DNA of 56,860 nucleotides, counting the filler, from Porpidia crustulata (Eukaryota), in NCBI GenBank assembly GCA_964255105.1. It is 3 parts of 3 records of this genome, joined end to end, with 100 filler letters (N's around TTAATTAATTAA, not from the genome) between each part and the next. Parts side by side here need not be neighbours in the genome. Positions count along the whole stretch, not along the records: positions 37,981 to 56,860 come from CAXUWE010000164.1; 2 more parts are not named here. One strand, written 5' to 3'. The position numbers and the translations under genes are program-made. Position 1 is the first letter of the stretch. Each line of letters opens with the position of its first letter. Shown here piece by piece: positions 37,981 through 50,678 of this stretch. The notes below the pieces were generated by a model. It had not been told where the DNA came from and made no database searches. It worked only from the letters and a program-made list of their open reading frames with translations.

Positions 37981-40416
37981 CGGTGCTCCAGGCTGATCAG
38001 CGGGCCGAAGCTGGTGGCGGGGTCGGTGGGGTCGGGGACTTCAGTTGTGGAGGAAAAGTCTGTGACCGGAGGCACTGGCTCGTTCTTGGGGACGAGGCGC
38101 TTGCCGTCTTGTTTCTTAAGAAAGGCGGAGCGGGCGGCGGAGGCTTCGGCGTCGGAGACGGCTACGGAGTATGTTGGTTTGTCCGATGACCCGAGGGGAG
38201 CGTCGGCGCCGCCTGGGGGGTTGATGGGGACTTTGCGGATGGCAAGAACGAGGGCACACATAAACTTTGAGCGGCGGGCGGCGCGAATGGTTTCGTTGGC
38301 CCAATTAGACTTTGAGAATGGAGTTAGGGCAGAAACGATTGGCAGAGGAGAGGAACTGACCTTATGTCTGATTTCTACCCGGAGTTCCAGTTTATTCATC
38401 TCTGCAATGCCTGTAATCTCGAGATCGACATCAGGTTGGAAGTCTCGCGAGTTTTCCTTATCGAGAACAAAGGCTTGCATCTCACTCTTAAGGAGTTGAA
38501 TATCTTCGAGAGAGGTGTCAAAGGCAATGTACATAAAGAGTTGCTCCCTCATGGCCTTTGACCTAGAAACATTCTGTATCCAGACCGTGTTGAGCACGAT
38601 ATTCGGGACTTGAGTCGTCTTGTGGTCTCTGACTCGTTTAAAGACAGTGAACAGTAGAGAGATGTGCTCAACGATCAACTGCTCATCTCCTATATCAACT
38701 CGATCAAGGACGTCAAATGGGTGCTTGACGAAAAGAAAGATACAGGAGCCGAGTACTTCTTGTGCAGTGGTAGCGAAAACGAAGGATAGTGACAATAGAG
38801 CGGTACCCGTGGTCGCGAGAGTCGTGGTAAAGTTCTTGTTAAGGAAGGCCACTACCTCATTGTGAGCAAACGGACAAGATTCTATGCAATGTAATACTTA
38901 CCGAAGACAAAAATTGACATGATAAAAACGACAGTGCACAACATCCCATCCAGGACGTTGATGGCCTGATCAACGTCATGCAAGCTATTGGTGATAGAGT
39001 GTCGCTCGCGGCCAAATTCACATATGGTCACGATCATTTCGTCGAGACTAATATCTCCGTTGCCATCTCGGTCCAGAGATGAGAAGCATTCTTCCGCTTC
39101 CGCATGACGATCGCTGCCAAGGACTTCCGTGATATCTTCTCTGTACAACGCATCCTTGGCCTCCACCACAAAGCTCATCCATAATCGCTTCGCCAAAGCT
39201 TCTGATGATTTGTTTTTCTCCAAAGCCTCGACGACGATCGAGTGCGCCGAGCCAGGTTTGAAGACTTGCTTTCCGGTCAGCTCAGAGGCAATGTTCCCAA
39301 AAGCAGAAGTAATCTTGTCACCAAACCGACCCACATCTTGCAGGATTCGCAAAGGCGTGGCAGAACCTGACTGGCGGTTACCGATGCCTGGCGTGATGAC
39401 TGGAAGATTGAGGGAGTCATTAATTAGATAGTCCTCCTCGAGGAACTCGGGGCAGTAAGCGGGGAACAGTGCTCGAGAGGCGTCATACAGCAAACTCAGC
39501 AGATATACGTTGTGTTTGGAATCCTTGATTTTTGCATCGAACTGCTTCCGGTGATAGCCAATACTAATGAATTGGATTATCAATTTCTCAAGAAGAAAAA
39601 TGAGTGTCGCTATTAGAAAGGCTGCTAGGATCGACTGCACAACGTTCTCCCAATTCGTGACTCCAGCATTTTTCGGATCTTTCTTGGCTGCGGCCCTTTG
39701 GTCAGGATTCCGTGTCATAACCTGCACTCATCAGTAAGGCTCGAGATCCCTACGGAGAAGAAGGAACTGACAGGAATAAAAGTAGCCAAGGATGCCAATG
39801 CCCAACCGCTAAGCGACAGAGGAACCTCCAGTGCCTGAAGCACCATGGCATACTTCCGAGTACCCGAACTGACAATACCGCACAGGAATTGGAATATATG
39901 GGGTAAGAATTTGGCGAACAGCTTGGACACCCACAGACTGAGCCATACAATCTCAGCCCAAGCGAATATCCATACAATCCGGACCCCGCCAGCGTTGGCT
40001 CCTGGAGCGGCAGTGGCTCCGATGATGATGGGGATCGCGAATAGCAGGGCCACAGGAAGGACATAGACTGTGTATCGAATGACAATGGAAAAGTTCAATA
40101 TCTTGTTATAAATCTTTCCCATCTTGGTCACGACCTCCTCTTCCCCATCGGCCCCTCTCTTATTGCCTTTGTCCTTGGCAACTTTCCGTCGGCCAGCGAC
40201 ATGTTGTGGGAAGTAGCCGTCTTTTTCGTTGTGCTGTTGGTTGGATTGAGAGCCATAAGCCGATTGCGAATTATCCATCTTGCGGGCGCCAGTCTTGGTG
40301 GTGACTTGGGTTAGAGGAATGTCAATGGTAGCATCGTTCGGATTCACCATGTTCTGCGTGCTGGTGTTGGGAAGTTGCTGGAAACCCTCTCTCGAAAACC
40401 GATTTTGTTGAGGCAT
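37981..40416 (-). CDS. MscS-like mechanosensitive channel with EF-hand (fungal Msy1/Msy2 type); 3' end truncated by contig edge
   Basis: N-terminal TM helices; EF-hand LDRDGNGDISLDE; SCIFLFVKHPFDVLDRVDI, VEHISLLFTVF, QVPNIVLNTVWIQNVSRSKAM, RAARRSKFMCALV; several introns. Confidence 0.92.
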
Positions 40417-42676
40417 CAAGCACTCGAGTTCCAGTGAGGTCGGTTAGGAGCAGGCGTTTCGCCCACGTTGCTCAAACGAAAATTGTTGCAGTGGAATGGA
40501 AGCGGCTGGGCGAGCCGTGCCACCAGGGCTGTGGTATGTAAAGACTGTGGGGTTGTGCGTGTTTCAATCAGAGTGAATGATGTGCAATGATGTGAATTAG
40601 CAAGTCAATGCTTTGATGAAAAGAATATGAGCATAGCCAAGATCAAAAGAAGGCAGAAATGACAGTATATGAGAGAGAGGTGGTCAAGAGGGGAAGGTTG
40701 TCGAATTCTGTTTTCACAGCATGTTGGACTTTACCGAGAGCGAATAGGCCTTCCATCATCCTTTAGCTCGTTTTCGCGGCAGGGCCTACAACTAGTACGA
40801 GCTAAGGCAAGGGGCCGCTGCCTGAAACGTGTCGGTCAAAACGCACTACTGCCAATCGAGTCAAGCTCATCCCTCTATTATATAATCACTCCTTTTCGTT
40901 TCTTACTACCTACCTAGTCGCCACTGTTCACCTTCCATTATTCATTAGTCTACGCTCTACACTTAACAGCTGATCCTTTCAAAATATTCAATATATATGA
41001 ACTCTCGAAAAGACAAGTCTTGAATTGTGATCATCGACATATCCCAGCTTCCCATAGCTTATACGCACACCTTCAACGCTTGCCATTACCCATTCCCTTT
41101 CCAGCCACGTTTATCCCACGTGAAGCTAACTCACAACGCCTCGCCGCAAGCAGTGCCGCCCAAGGTGCTCGCGGAAGACACCTCCCCCCCCCTCCTTTTA
41201 AAGCTAATCAACTTACACCACAGCTTGCCTAACGGCTTGCACAACAGCTTGTTCTCGCGGCAACGAAAACGAGCTTCGGAGGCCGGCAGCCTAGTATTGG
41301 AATTCCGTCAAGATGCTCGACGGTCATGATATTGACTTGCACGATACGTTTTCCCCAGCCGCACGCACAGCATTGTGGTGTAAGAGTAGACACTTAGCGG
41401 ATGTTATAAGGTCTATGATGAATTGGATACCACCGCAAGTGTAGCCCTGTCGTACTTTGTTCATCTTTGTGCTTTCCTGTCATGTACTGAGAAACTGGTA
41501 GTCGTTCATGAAGCCAGTATCATTCCAGTGACTCTTCTCTTCATTTGAATCAGCGCCCGTCCGCGCAGAACCTTTCTCCAGATGCTTATCCACAATGTCA
41601 ATCCTTATCCATAATCCATCTTCAACCGAGTCCAAAGACCCCAAGGCAAGGCTCCCCCCATATTAACCTACCAATAGCCCTCAATGCACCGCCCCCGTTC
41701 CCCATCGATGTTTCAGCGATGTTGTTGAGCATGTTACTATTATAATTTTATGGATTTCGTGGGGAGAAGAGTCTGTCACTTTTGTATCGCTGATGTTATT
41801 GCTGAGCGTGAGTATGGAAACAAAATGGTGGATATGGATTAGAGATGTATTTATGTGACAAACTTTTTCTGATCGTCTGGTGTCTCGGAGCGGTCGTTTG
41901 GTTATTTGAAATGGAAGTCATTCTGTTAGCAATTCAGCTGTATTGTATTCCGACTTTCGTATTCCATATCTCGTGATACCCAACCCCTTTAATCTCGAAA
42001 TCTTTGCAATCTCCCCTGAACACTCCACCGTTACTTTCCCATCTCCCTCCTTAAAGAAGCCTCTTATCTTCTCCAGCCTTTCATAATGCCGCCATACATT
42101 AACCGATAATCATATTCTGGAAATGGATTAAATCTCAAATGAGGAGGGTTCGTGTGTTTATTTTAGTAACCCGTTCAATTATTTGCTTGTTTGTCCCTTT
42201 TAGCAGTCTGTTTGATAATTTACTCTGGTTATTTGCTTCTGTGCTCTAGCTTTCGGTTGCAGAGAAGTTGTGGTACTGCAATCTTTGAGCTGCTAGCCAA
42301 GTTTCTCATTTACGGGTCTCCGTATTCTTTGATCATGGATAACCAGTTCCGTCTTTGAAGCCGCCGCAGAGCGTCAGACGGGCTGGAAGGCGTCGTATAT
42401 GCAACCATGTCTCATAGTAAGGGAGTGTCTTGATATCTACTTGAGTCTTGCAGAACGCTTTCAATTGCTGACTGCCCCGATAGATGAGAAAGGCATCGGA
42501 ATAAGACAGTTTGATTTGGATAGATCGATATGTCTTTTGTCTCGAAGAAAATCAAGTGCTGATTTCCTTGTCCATTTGTGAATGGCAAACAGACGTTAAG
42601 ATCCGATAGAACAAACTACTGAAACCACATTCAAAGAATTTGGCTTTGATGTAACCATCCGTACCCAGACAACACA

Positions 42677-43528
42677 ATGAATGGATATTCCTGGATGCGA
42701 GAAGAAACCTACAGGCCCTTCCAATCGAGCTGGCAAAGAACAGAATATTTATCCAGACTGAAGGGGAAATATATAAGTCTGTATGCTATCCCAAATGGAG
42801 ACGACAGCCATCAAAGAACAATTGATACAGAAATATTACCTTCCAATCCCATAAACATGAGCAACCCAGAAGACGCGTCGGACGATCCGAGAGCTGGCCG
42901 ACGAGATCTCTCACCCTCTCATATCCCTCACTCAGCATTTCATAATAGCGGAAGGCAACACGGATCCTTAAGAAGCTCCCGGAATCCCTTGCAGAGAGGT
43001 CGTCCTGGCACCGGCGCGCCGGCGATCTCGCGACGCGAAGGCTCACGGCTTGCGACTATGCAGGAGACTCTCTCCGAGCAGCAGAACATCGGACCACCGC
43101 CGCATAGCACCAACGCGCCTGCAGCGACACCCCAACTCGATTGGGCCTCATTGCCACGCCTGATCACGGCATTTGACGCCCTAGCGAGAGCTGTCGACCT
43201 CCAGGTAGCACTGATGCGGAAGGATCGGCTCACAATACCCATCAGGTGTGGGTCATTGTTCACCTTTGTCACCATCGAATTGCCAATGACCCTGCCGGCG
43301 CTGAAAGAGACGCTTTTCAGAGCTCTGGTACATGTGTCGCAACAGCAGGGCGAATCAACCAGCTTCCTACGAGCGAACCGTGACGTGCGTTTGGAAATAT
43401 CATGGGAACGTGAGTGGGACAACGGGTTTCCTAGTAATCTGGTGATTGATGAACAGAATGTTTTGGCATTGCTTACTTTCCTGGAGGAGCGAAAAGGTTA
43501 TTACCTCTTGGACGTCGTTGTTGGGTAG
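42677..43528 (+). CDS. Hypothetical protein: disordered N-terminus plus ~100-aa C-terminal alpha/beta domain (true start may be ATG ~42858)
   Basis: Uninterrupted 283-codon ORF. Its C-terminal domain has a recognisable decayed copy at 44423-44802, which supports coding status. Confidence 0.65.
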   Translation: MNGYSWMREETYRPFQSSWQRTEYLSRLKGKYISLYAIPNGDDSHQRTIDTEILPSNPINMSNPEDASDDPRAGRRDLSPSHIPHSAFHNSGRQHGSLRSSRNPLQRGRPGTGAPAISRREGSRLATMQETLSEQQNIGPPPHSTNAPAATPQLDWASLPRLITAFDALARAVDLQVALMRKDRLTIPIRCGSLFTFVTIELPMTLPALKETLFRALVHVSQQQGESTSFLRANRDVRLEISWEREWDNGFPSNLVIDEQNVLALLTFLEERKGYYLLDVVVG

Positions 43529-44422
43529 ATGAGATCTTGGCTAGCGGATTGTAAAGCTTTCATATCCTTCTGAGGCAAAGGATATAACTAGAGAATATTA
43601 GAGAATACTAGATTTTTTTTTCCAGCATGATACATTTGGTTCTCAGGCCTATCAAGACCGGCTTACGTACCTAACAGGGCCAATCCATGCCCCAGACACC
43701 GATTCCCAGAAATGAAAATAGACCATAAGGATGCCGAGAAAAGCGATAATGATCCAGTTTCCAGGTTTTATTCTTATCAGATGTAAGTTTGCTGCACAAT
43801 AAGTGCAGCCATAAACTCTCGGGGTTCAGGCAAACATTGTCATATAGGTGGGTGTCCGAACACATGAAGGTAAGCTGAATATTGGAGCGGAGCCCACGCA
43901 TATAATGAAGGCTGCGCAATTCAGTAGCGCAGCTCGTATATCGGCACACTGATGGCTGAAAAGACATTCAAGCACGGGTCGGTTCTGTATCAGGTATTTG
44001 TCCTCCCTGCAAGGAACTGTAATCATTCCGAACAAGGTCAGCACATAATTAAAGTCCCTTAAGTCTGTATCATACATGAAGAGGATAGTAACTGACCACG
44101 AACTATTCAAATTGTACCACGCCATCCAACCGACAGCGAGGGGTACGATGGCCACGAAAAGGAAAACACGGTCCCTTTCCGCGGTCGCCAGGCTTCTCCC
44201 TCCCACCACTTATCACTATATCGAGGCTATCCAAATCAGGAGCGCAGCAAATCAGTAATCGAGACTTAGACTTTCTCAGGGGTTCTACTTTACTCACCCA
44301 GTCTAGCCCTTCATCCACCCTTCCATCCCAAGAAGCCCAGGTAGCCTTACCGAGTCGGACGCCCAGTCGACAAACCTCGTCCTCTACGGAATAGGCCTGA
44401 CCTACGTCCAGCCACCACAGAG

Positions 44423-44802
44423 CTTGCTGTGAGACAAGATCGATCGATTACTATCGTCGTCATGTACAAGAACTCCCACTTCTTCCTCCGAGTGGAGACT
44501 TTTATCAAGCTTGAGTTGTTGAAGCCAAAGAACAAGGGTAAGCTGAACCGTCTCTGGGGGCCGATCAAAATATTGACAGGGTTATCCCTGAGAGGTCAGC
44601 AGTTTTAAGCTTGATTGTCATATGGAACCTGAAATCGGGCATGCGGTGTCCAGCCCAAACCATCATCGACGATGAGACCATAGAGCTGCTACTGTCATTT
44701 ATGAAATGAAAGAGGACCGCATATGAAGTAGTGAGCGTAGAGACTGATGAAGAGATTTGTCGACCGGAGCCAATACATGAAGGAGTTGAAGGAAAGGGGT
44801 GA
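44423..44802 (+). pseudogene. Decayed tandem paralog of the C-terminal domain of the 42677-43528 gene
   Basis: LAVRQDRSITIVVMYKNSHFFLRVETFIKLELLK, frameshift, then LSLIVIWNLKSGMRCPAQTIIDDETIELLLSFMK*KRTAYEVVSVE (TGA 44707-44709); aligns by eye with the upstream gene. Confidence 0.55.
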
Positions 44803-45042
44803 CTTTGTTAGCAGACCACCTGGAAAATTGTGGGAACACCGAAAAAAGCAGACGACCAGTAAACGAGATCGACTTTGAGCTTTGTTGGTACATCCGCAGT
44901 GTCTTTAGGGTATCTCATCACAACTCCATCTCGCCGTGTACGGCCACAATTATTATACAGTATAAGCTTTTAGTACATAGGGCATCATTGTCGTCAGAAT
45001 TCATCAGCCGAGTTCTCTTCTGCCACTGCATCTTACGCAGTT

Positions 45043-47737
45043 TCACTTCCGATCGGGAGCATCAGCCCCGGATAAGATCATTCGTCGTTCATCTTCCCCA
45101 AGCATCAACGCCCGATCCAAGAAAATCGCGTCGAACCACTTCCAATCCGAATAAAGCTGCCGTTTCGTCATTAGTACAAACCGAGCCGCTCTATTCGCAT
45201 CTTCAATATGTTGACGTTGCTTATCCATTCTCTTATCAAAATCCTGCAACGTCATTACTCCGCGCTTCTGCCACTTTTGAATCTCATGTATATGCTGAGA
45301 CTTCAGTGTTGTCCGCTCTAGCTGCTGTGCTGTCAATAGCATTTCATGAACGGCGGCTTTCTTGGCGTCTGCATCTTGCACTTCCGGCGGAACAGATTTA
45401 AGAAGATAATTATCCTCGTCCTTACGATGTCTTGCAATAGTCCCGACCAATTCCTTTGCATGCTTCCGTTGTAGCTCCCGCACCTTGCTGTCTGTGCTGG
45501 TAATTACCTTAGCCCTCTCCAAGGCTACGTGGGTCTCTTCCGAGGCCATGCCGCCCGATATTAAGGGTGCCTCCAGTAGCGCCATATCTTCGACCTCTGC
45601 GTTATGACGCCTATCTATAGCATCGCTTTGTTCTTTACGAACTCGGTCCAATATCAATCGTAGGTTCGCAAAGAAGCGCTGGATACCATCTAGCCTTGCA
45701 TACTCCTTTTCAGACAATCGGCGCGACTCCTCGGCGAGACGTGCACGTTCAGCCTCTTGTTCTGCGACTAATTCACGCTCCGCTGCCTCAACCGCTGCAA
45801 TCGCTGCTCTGATTTGGTCTTCTTCGCCTCGCGCCTGCGCTTCCATCCTTTCACGCCGTTCAGCGATCTCATCCTGCCTTCGGGTTTGATCTTGCTCTGT
45901 ACATGCACACGTTCTCCATCTTGCACCACAGGTGTAGCTAAATAGAATTAGCAAGTCTTCCATTGATAGAAGCATTAACTTACCAAAATTCGGCTTTGCA
46001 CTTGCAAGTAATGTGTCTACAGCCTGTGTTGAGCTCCACCATGGCCCTGCAATTGTAGCATCTTTGCCATCCCGCACGCTCGGCCTCTTCTAATGTTGCA
46101 TCAAGACCATAATCGTGGGAACACTCTTCGTGTCCCGTGTGTTGAGGACCGCGGCAAAAGCCACAGGTGTGGAAACTGCAATAGCTACATTTCAAGATCC
46201 CACCCGACGTTTGAGACAAGCGCGTATTGATCCACCGAGCACAATCCGGTCGTGCGCAATAGTAGCGACTTCCGATCGAAACCGCGTACTCAAAGCTTTT
46301 CTGGTCAAAGTCCGCCATTTGCTTGGAGCTCAAATGCAATCGCAAAGTAGATCTAGGAATTTCTTGTAGGCAGCATTGTGGCGGGAACGTATCTTCGTTA
46401 GCAATCGCAGTGTTAATCAGCTGTGAGAAGCATGTTAGGCAGTACTTGTGGCAACACGGCAGATTCACAGCCTTTTTTTGAGGAACGTCATCAAAGCAGC
46501 TTGTACATTCGCTGTGTCTTGGTTCATCGTGTGAAGGTCCTGGGGAGATTGAGCGCTTCGCTCTCCGGCCAGGGAGAAGCCAAAGGAATCCATCTCGTCT
46601 CGAACGTTTGTCCTTGCCTGTGAGCGGAGAGTGCGGAGTAGCGGTGCCCGAGCTTGGGTTCGAATACAAACTCTCCTGGGAACTCATCGCACCTGATTGT
46701 CCGATTACCTTAGGCGGCGGCTGAAGGAACACACTGCTAGCATCGCTCGCGGTTGGACTAACTAAAGAATCCTCACTAGACAGCGAAGATTTACCGCGTC
46801 GATGCGATACCATAGCCGAACTCTCCGCCACCACTGGTCCGTTAGCTGAATCGCTTGAGCTCGAGGATTGAGTTATAGTGGTTCTGACTATGATTGCTTG
46901 AGTATGTAATCTTGAGGCCTTCATAGCTCGATGTTCGTCGAGTGATTCTTGGATAATATTTCTGATTTCCTCAGGTGCATCATCAAAAACGATCTCAAGC
47001 TCTTGAGGAATGTCATATTTTTGCCACGGAGTATCTTCAAACCCTTCAGTATCTATCCTTGTAACTGATCTGGGAAGAGTCTCAGGGATGAATAGTCTGC
47101 TTATTATCTTCCTTTGGCTTTGCTGTAGTTGTGGTGGGCTTTCGAGGATAGAGACTGGCGGACTCTGGGGGGTAACTTTTGTGGTGGTGCATGAAATGAT
47201 ATTCTTTGCACCTGTAGCTGGCGAGTTCGGGGGCCCTCGGATTCTGCGAGCCCTGGGACGTCGCGGGCGACGGACCGATGAAGCCTGGGAGGATGTTCGA
47301 GATGGGGTTCTTGGTGGGTCTGGCGGCAATGTTTTTGATGACCGTTGTGACGGTGGACATGGAGGCAGGGATTTTGAGGAACGTCGAGACGATGAGTAAA
47401 GTGGGTGTTGTAAGGGCTTGGTGATTCCAACCGGACGAGCCGGAGACGGTCGACCTCGAGAAGTAGAAGTCTTTCGGAGTCCGCGTGGAGAAGCGTTGAC
47501 GGGATTGAAGGGTGTACGGGTGATTGTCTTGGTGCGACTTAGTTTATCCTTGTTGTTAGATGGGCGATCCATCTGAACTTCTGTTCGACACCCAACGGCC
47601 ACCTGCCGAGCTCTGACAGGAGCAAAGGTCGTAAAGTGAGCTTCTTTGATTGATACCACGCTCGGATCCATGTCTAAGCTCTTCAATGAGCCGCAGTAGC
47701 TGATTCTAAGAGGATCGACCCCATAGGAGGACTGCAT
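45043..47737 (-). CDS. RBR (RING-IBR-RING) E3 ubiquitin ligase with disordered N-terminus and C-terminal coiled coil (intron 45938-45983; start uncertain)
   Basis: CTSCFDD..LPCCHKYCLTC..FPPQCC; YYCARPDCARWI..CSYC..TCGFC..H..C; WQRCYNCRAMVELNTGCRHITCKCKAEFC/YTCGARWRTC. Confidence 0.9.
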
Positions 47738-50024
47738 GCTAGGTATTGAGATTCTTCTAGGCCTTCCTCGGTCCAATCTGTGCGACTTACGGTCAAAGAT
47801 TGATCAAGTACATCATTTTATTATAATGAGAAAAGAATTCTAGAAGCATGAGTATGAAAGTGAGACAATGGAACAGTGAATGAAGATCCAAGCACACGAC
47901 TCAAGGAATGTCTAGGCGTGCTAGAGAGATTGAAGATTAGCAACAGAAGGAAATTAAACGGAGAATTAATAGAAACAAACAAGATGGTCCTAGCGTTAGA
48001 CCTGCGATCCGTCGAACTCGAAGCCATCAAATTGCCTTCAGCAAGGACCAACTGCTGAGCCGCATCGTAGTCTGCCACCAATGGAACGTTGGTCTCTCCA
48101 GGCCATGATCCGGGGGGGTACAGACGACACGGAACTCATGCAAGATGCCTGGGGCGGATTTCTTTCCGTACACACCCCAAATCCTGACCATGTGCGAGTG
48201 CACACACGGGGCAACGGTCGCTTGCAAACGCAGGTTGTGAGAGAAGATGTGTGATCGGGTGGCTGAGGGAAGGGTTCAACCGTGCAATAAGCATTGGCGC
48301 GAATGCTTGTTTCGCCTGCCGATCCTGCGGGAGTGCCTCTCTTGCCGTGCACTTACTTTAGTGCCGTGGTCAAGTCTCAAGACTGGAAGAATCTTGGCCC
48401 CCTCGGATTACGGCGATGCATGGCAGTAAAATTCGATCTCGATCATTTCATATCTCTGGAGGCCCAGGGAGTTAGCTTCCAGGACTTCCTTCAATTGCAG
48501 CGTACTGGAGAGCAGAGCAGCGTGTGAGATTAGCGAGTACCATCCTACGATAAGCACAGCCTGAACAAATCGTGACACGTCGACAATGTTGTGATGTTGG
48601 TGGTGAAAACCAGCACGGACGCAAGCACTTCAAGGTATAAAATCGCCGACGCGAACTCGAAGACACATCGGTCGTTACACTTATGCACTAGATAATCCTA
48701 GTATAGATAGCGAAATTGCAGTACCACGAAGCTGAGACACCGGGGGCTTCTCATCTCAGTATCAAGAATTTCATCCGATATACCAGTCTGCCAGTCAACC
48801 AGATGACTAGCCGAGCCATAGCTCACAGACAGAGTTTCTCGAAGTGTATCTCATACCTTGACTGCTGCAACTATGACTACTACATACGCGAATACCAAAG
48901 AAATGATACACAACAGCCGATACAAACGCCACAAAGAGCATGAAACAATGGTCTGACTCGCTCTATCTCCTCTGTCGGCCACCACGCAAGCCAATCAGTC
49001 TATCGGCCACTGCCAACACACCGCTGTCAGCCCAAAATTGGCCGCATATTCGTCCCCACGCCGATTGGACAACGAACAGAGACCTACCATCTAGAGTTAT
49101 AGACTAGATTTTGTAAGCAAAGAGTTCGGAATCGACTCGTATCTTGCAAGATACCCACCACTTGGGCTGCCGGAATAGATTCAGCATGCATGTGAATGCC
49201 ATGAATTCTTCGGGTAGGAATACAGAAGCCTTCAATCCGGGCCCCTTCCATCCCAACGTGGTTGGCAACATATCTCTAACCCATAATCTGGTTTTTGGAC
49301 AACTTCTTACTACCGCTTTTTTGCACTTCAATTCTAGTACTCCAACGTAGGATCAAGGGCTTCGTCGGGCCGTCCCATGTCTCACAAGCCCAAGAGCCTC
49401 AGACTTACAGCCAGAACGTGCTCAAGCTGCCATCGATACATCAGGACACAACTCAGGGGTTTGTTTCGAGATTCCAAGGCTTCCGTACTTCCAGCCTTGG
49501 AGCTTCTAGAAGCCTGATGAGAAGCCACCTGAGAAGGCATGGTGATATTGACAGTTTCGCCTTCCCCACGCCATCGCTTGTAAACTAACAACATCCAGAA
49601 ATCGAGGTAGCCATAGATAAAAAGCCTTCTTCATGACTTCATTGTGAGTTTCAGCGACCAGTCATCAATGCGAGTCCGTAAATAAGGAGCACACCATGAC
49701 TCATGACGAATCAGAGGATATAAAAGAATAGAAAAGAATAGAATGCCCAGTCCACAAGTCCGATTGACTTGAGCTGAAAGAGGGGTCCTCGTGCACGTGA
49801 CCTTGCCCCTCATCTGAGACCTGTGGCATTCGAGCTTGAGTATTGCGTGCTCACTCTGGCGTTGATCAACCACGATCCTGGCCCTATCAAACTTGATTGT
49901 GAGCATAGAGGATGTCGGCTCTGGAGAGAGAAAACCAGAAGCTTCCCCTGTGCCATTTCTCTCGCATTCATATCTGATATTTTGTGCGGGAAGGCTATCT
50001 ACGACTCCACAAATCCCTTGAAAA

Positions 50025-50598
50025 ATGGCAACCCCAACCCAAAGGAACTTGGTGAAGGCCAACACGGAGTACGCTGCTAGTTTCAACGAAGGCCACCTAG
50101 CTCTACCGCCTGCGAAGCAATATGCCGTTGGTAAGTTGAATCCAGCTCAGTGCTTGTCCCCAACGCGTTCTAACTCGGCTATCTTTGCCCACAGTGACCT
50201 GCATGGATGCTCGTATTGACCCTGCTGCCGCATATGGTATTCCTCTCGGGGATGCCCACATCATTCGTAACGCTGGAGGAAACGCTCGCGACGCTCTCCG
50301 ATCGCTTGTTATCTCCGAACAGCTTCTCGGCACAACCGAGATCCTCGTCATCAAGCACACGGGCTGTGGCATGCTGACTTTTAAGAATGAAGACGCCCAT
50401 GCGGTGGTGAAAAAGAACCTTGGGGCCGAGGCAACGAAGGAGTTGGAAGGGTTGGACTTCCAGCCGTTTCCAGATTTAGAACAGGCCGTCAAGGATGATG
50501 TCGACCTCTTGAAGCAGAGCAAAGCAATCCCGGATATCGTAGCCATTAGTGGTTGGATTTACGGCGTAGAAAACGGCGAGGTAAATAGGGTAGTGTAG
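50025..50598 (+). CDS. Beta-class carbonic anhydrase, clade D / Cab-type (intron 50131-50194)
   Basis: Zn-binding motifs VTCMDARIDP and HTGCGM, IRNAGG, ~170 aa compact form. Confidence 0.92.
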
Positions 50599-50678
50599 GC
50601 CTCGTAGCGCATCGAAGTAATGCACAAAATTTCTGTCACATTGAACAGTGATATCAGCTTTCGGCCTAGACTCTGTAT

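Noticed and set aside
40900..42600. Short ORF fragments on both strands upstream of the MscS gene
   Set aside because: Fragmentary with no recognisable motifs; may be a relic but cannot be supported.
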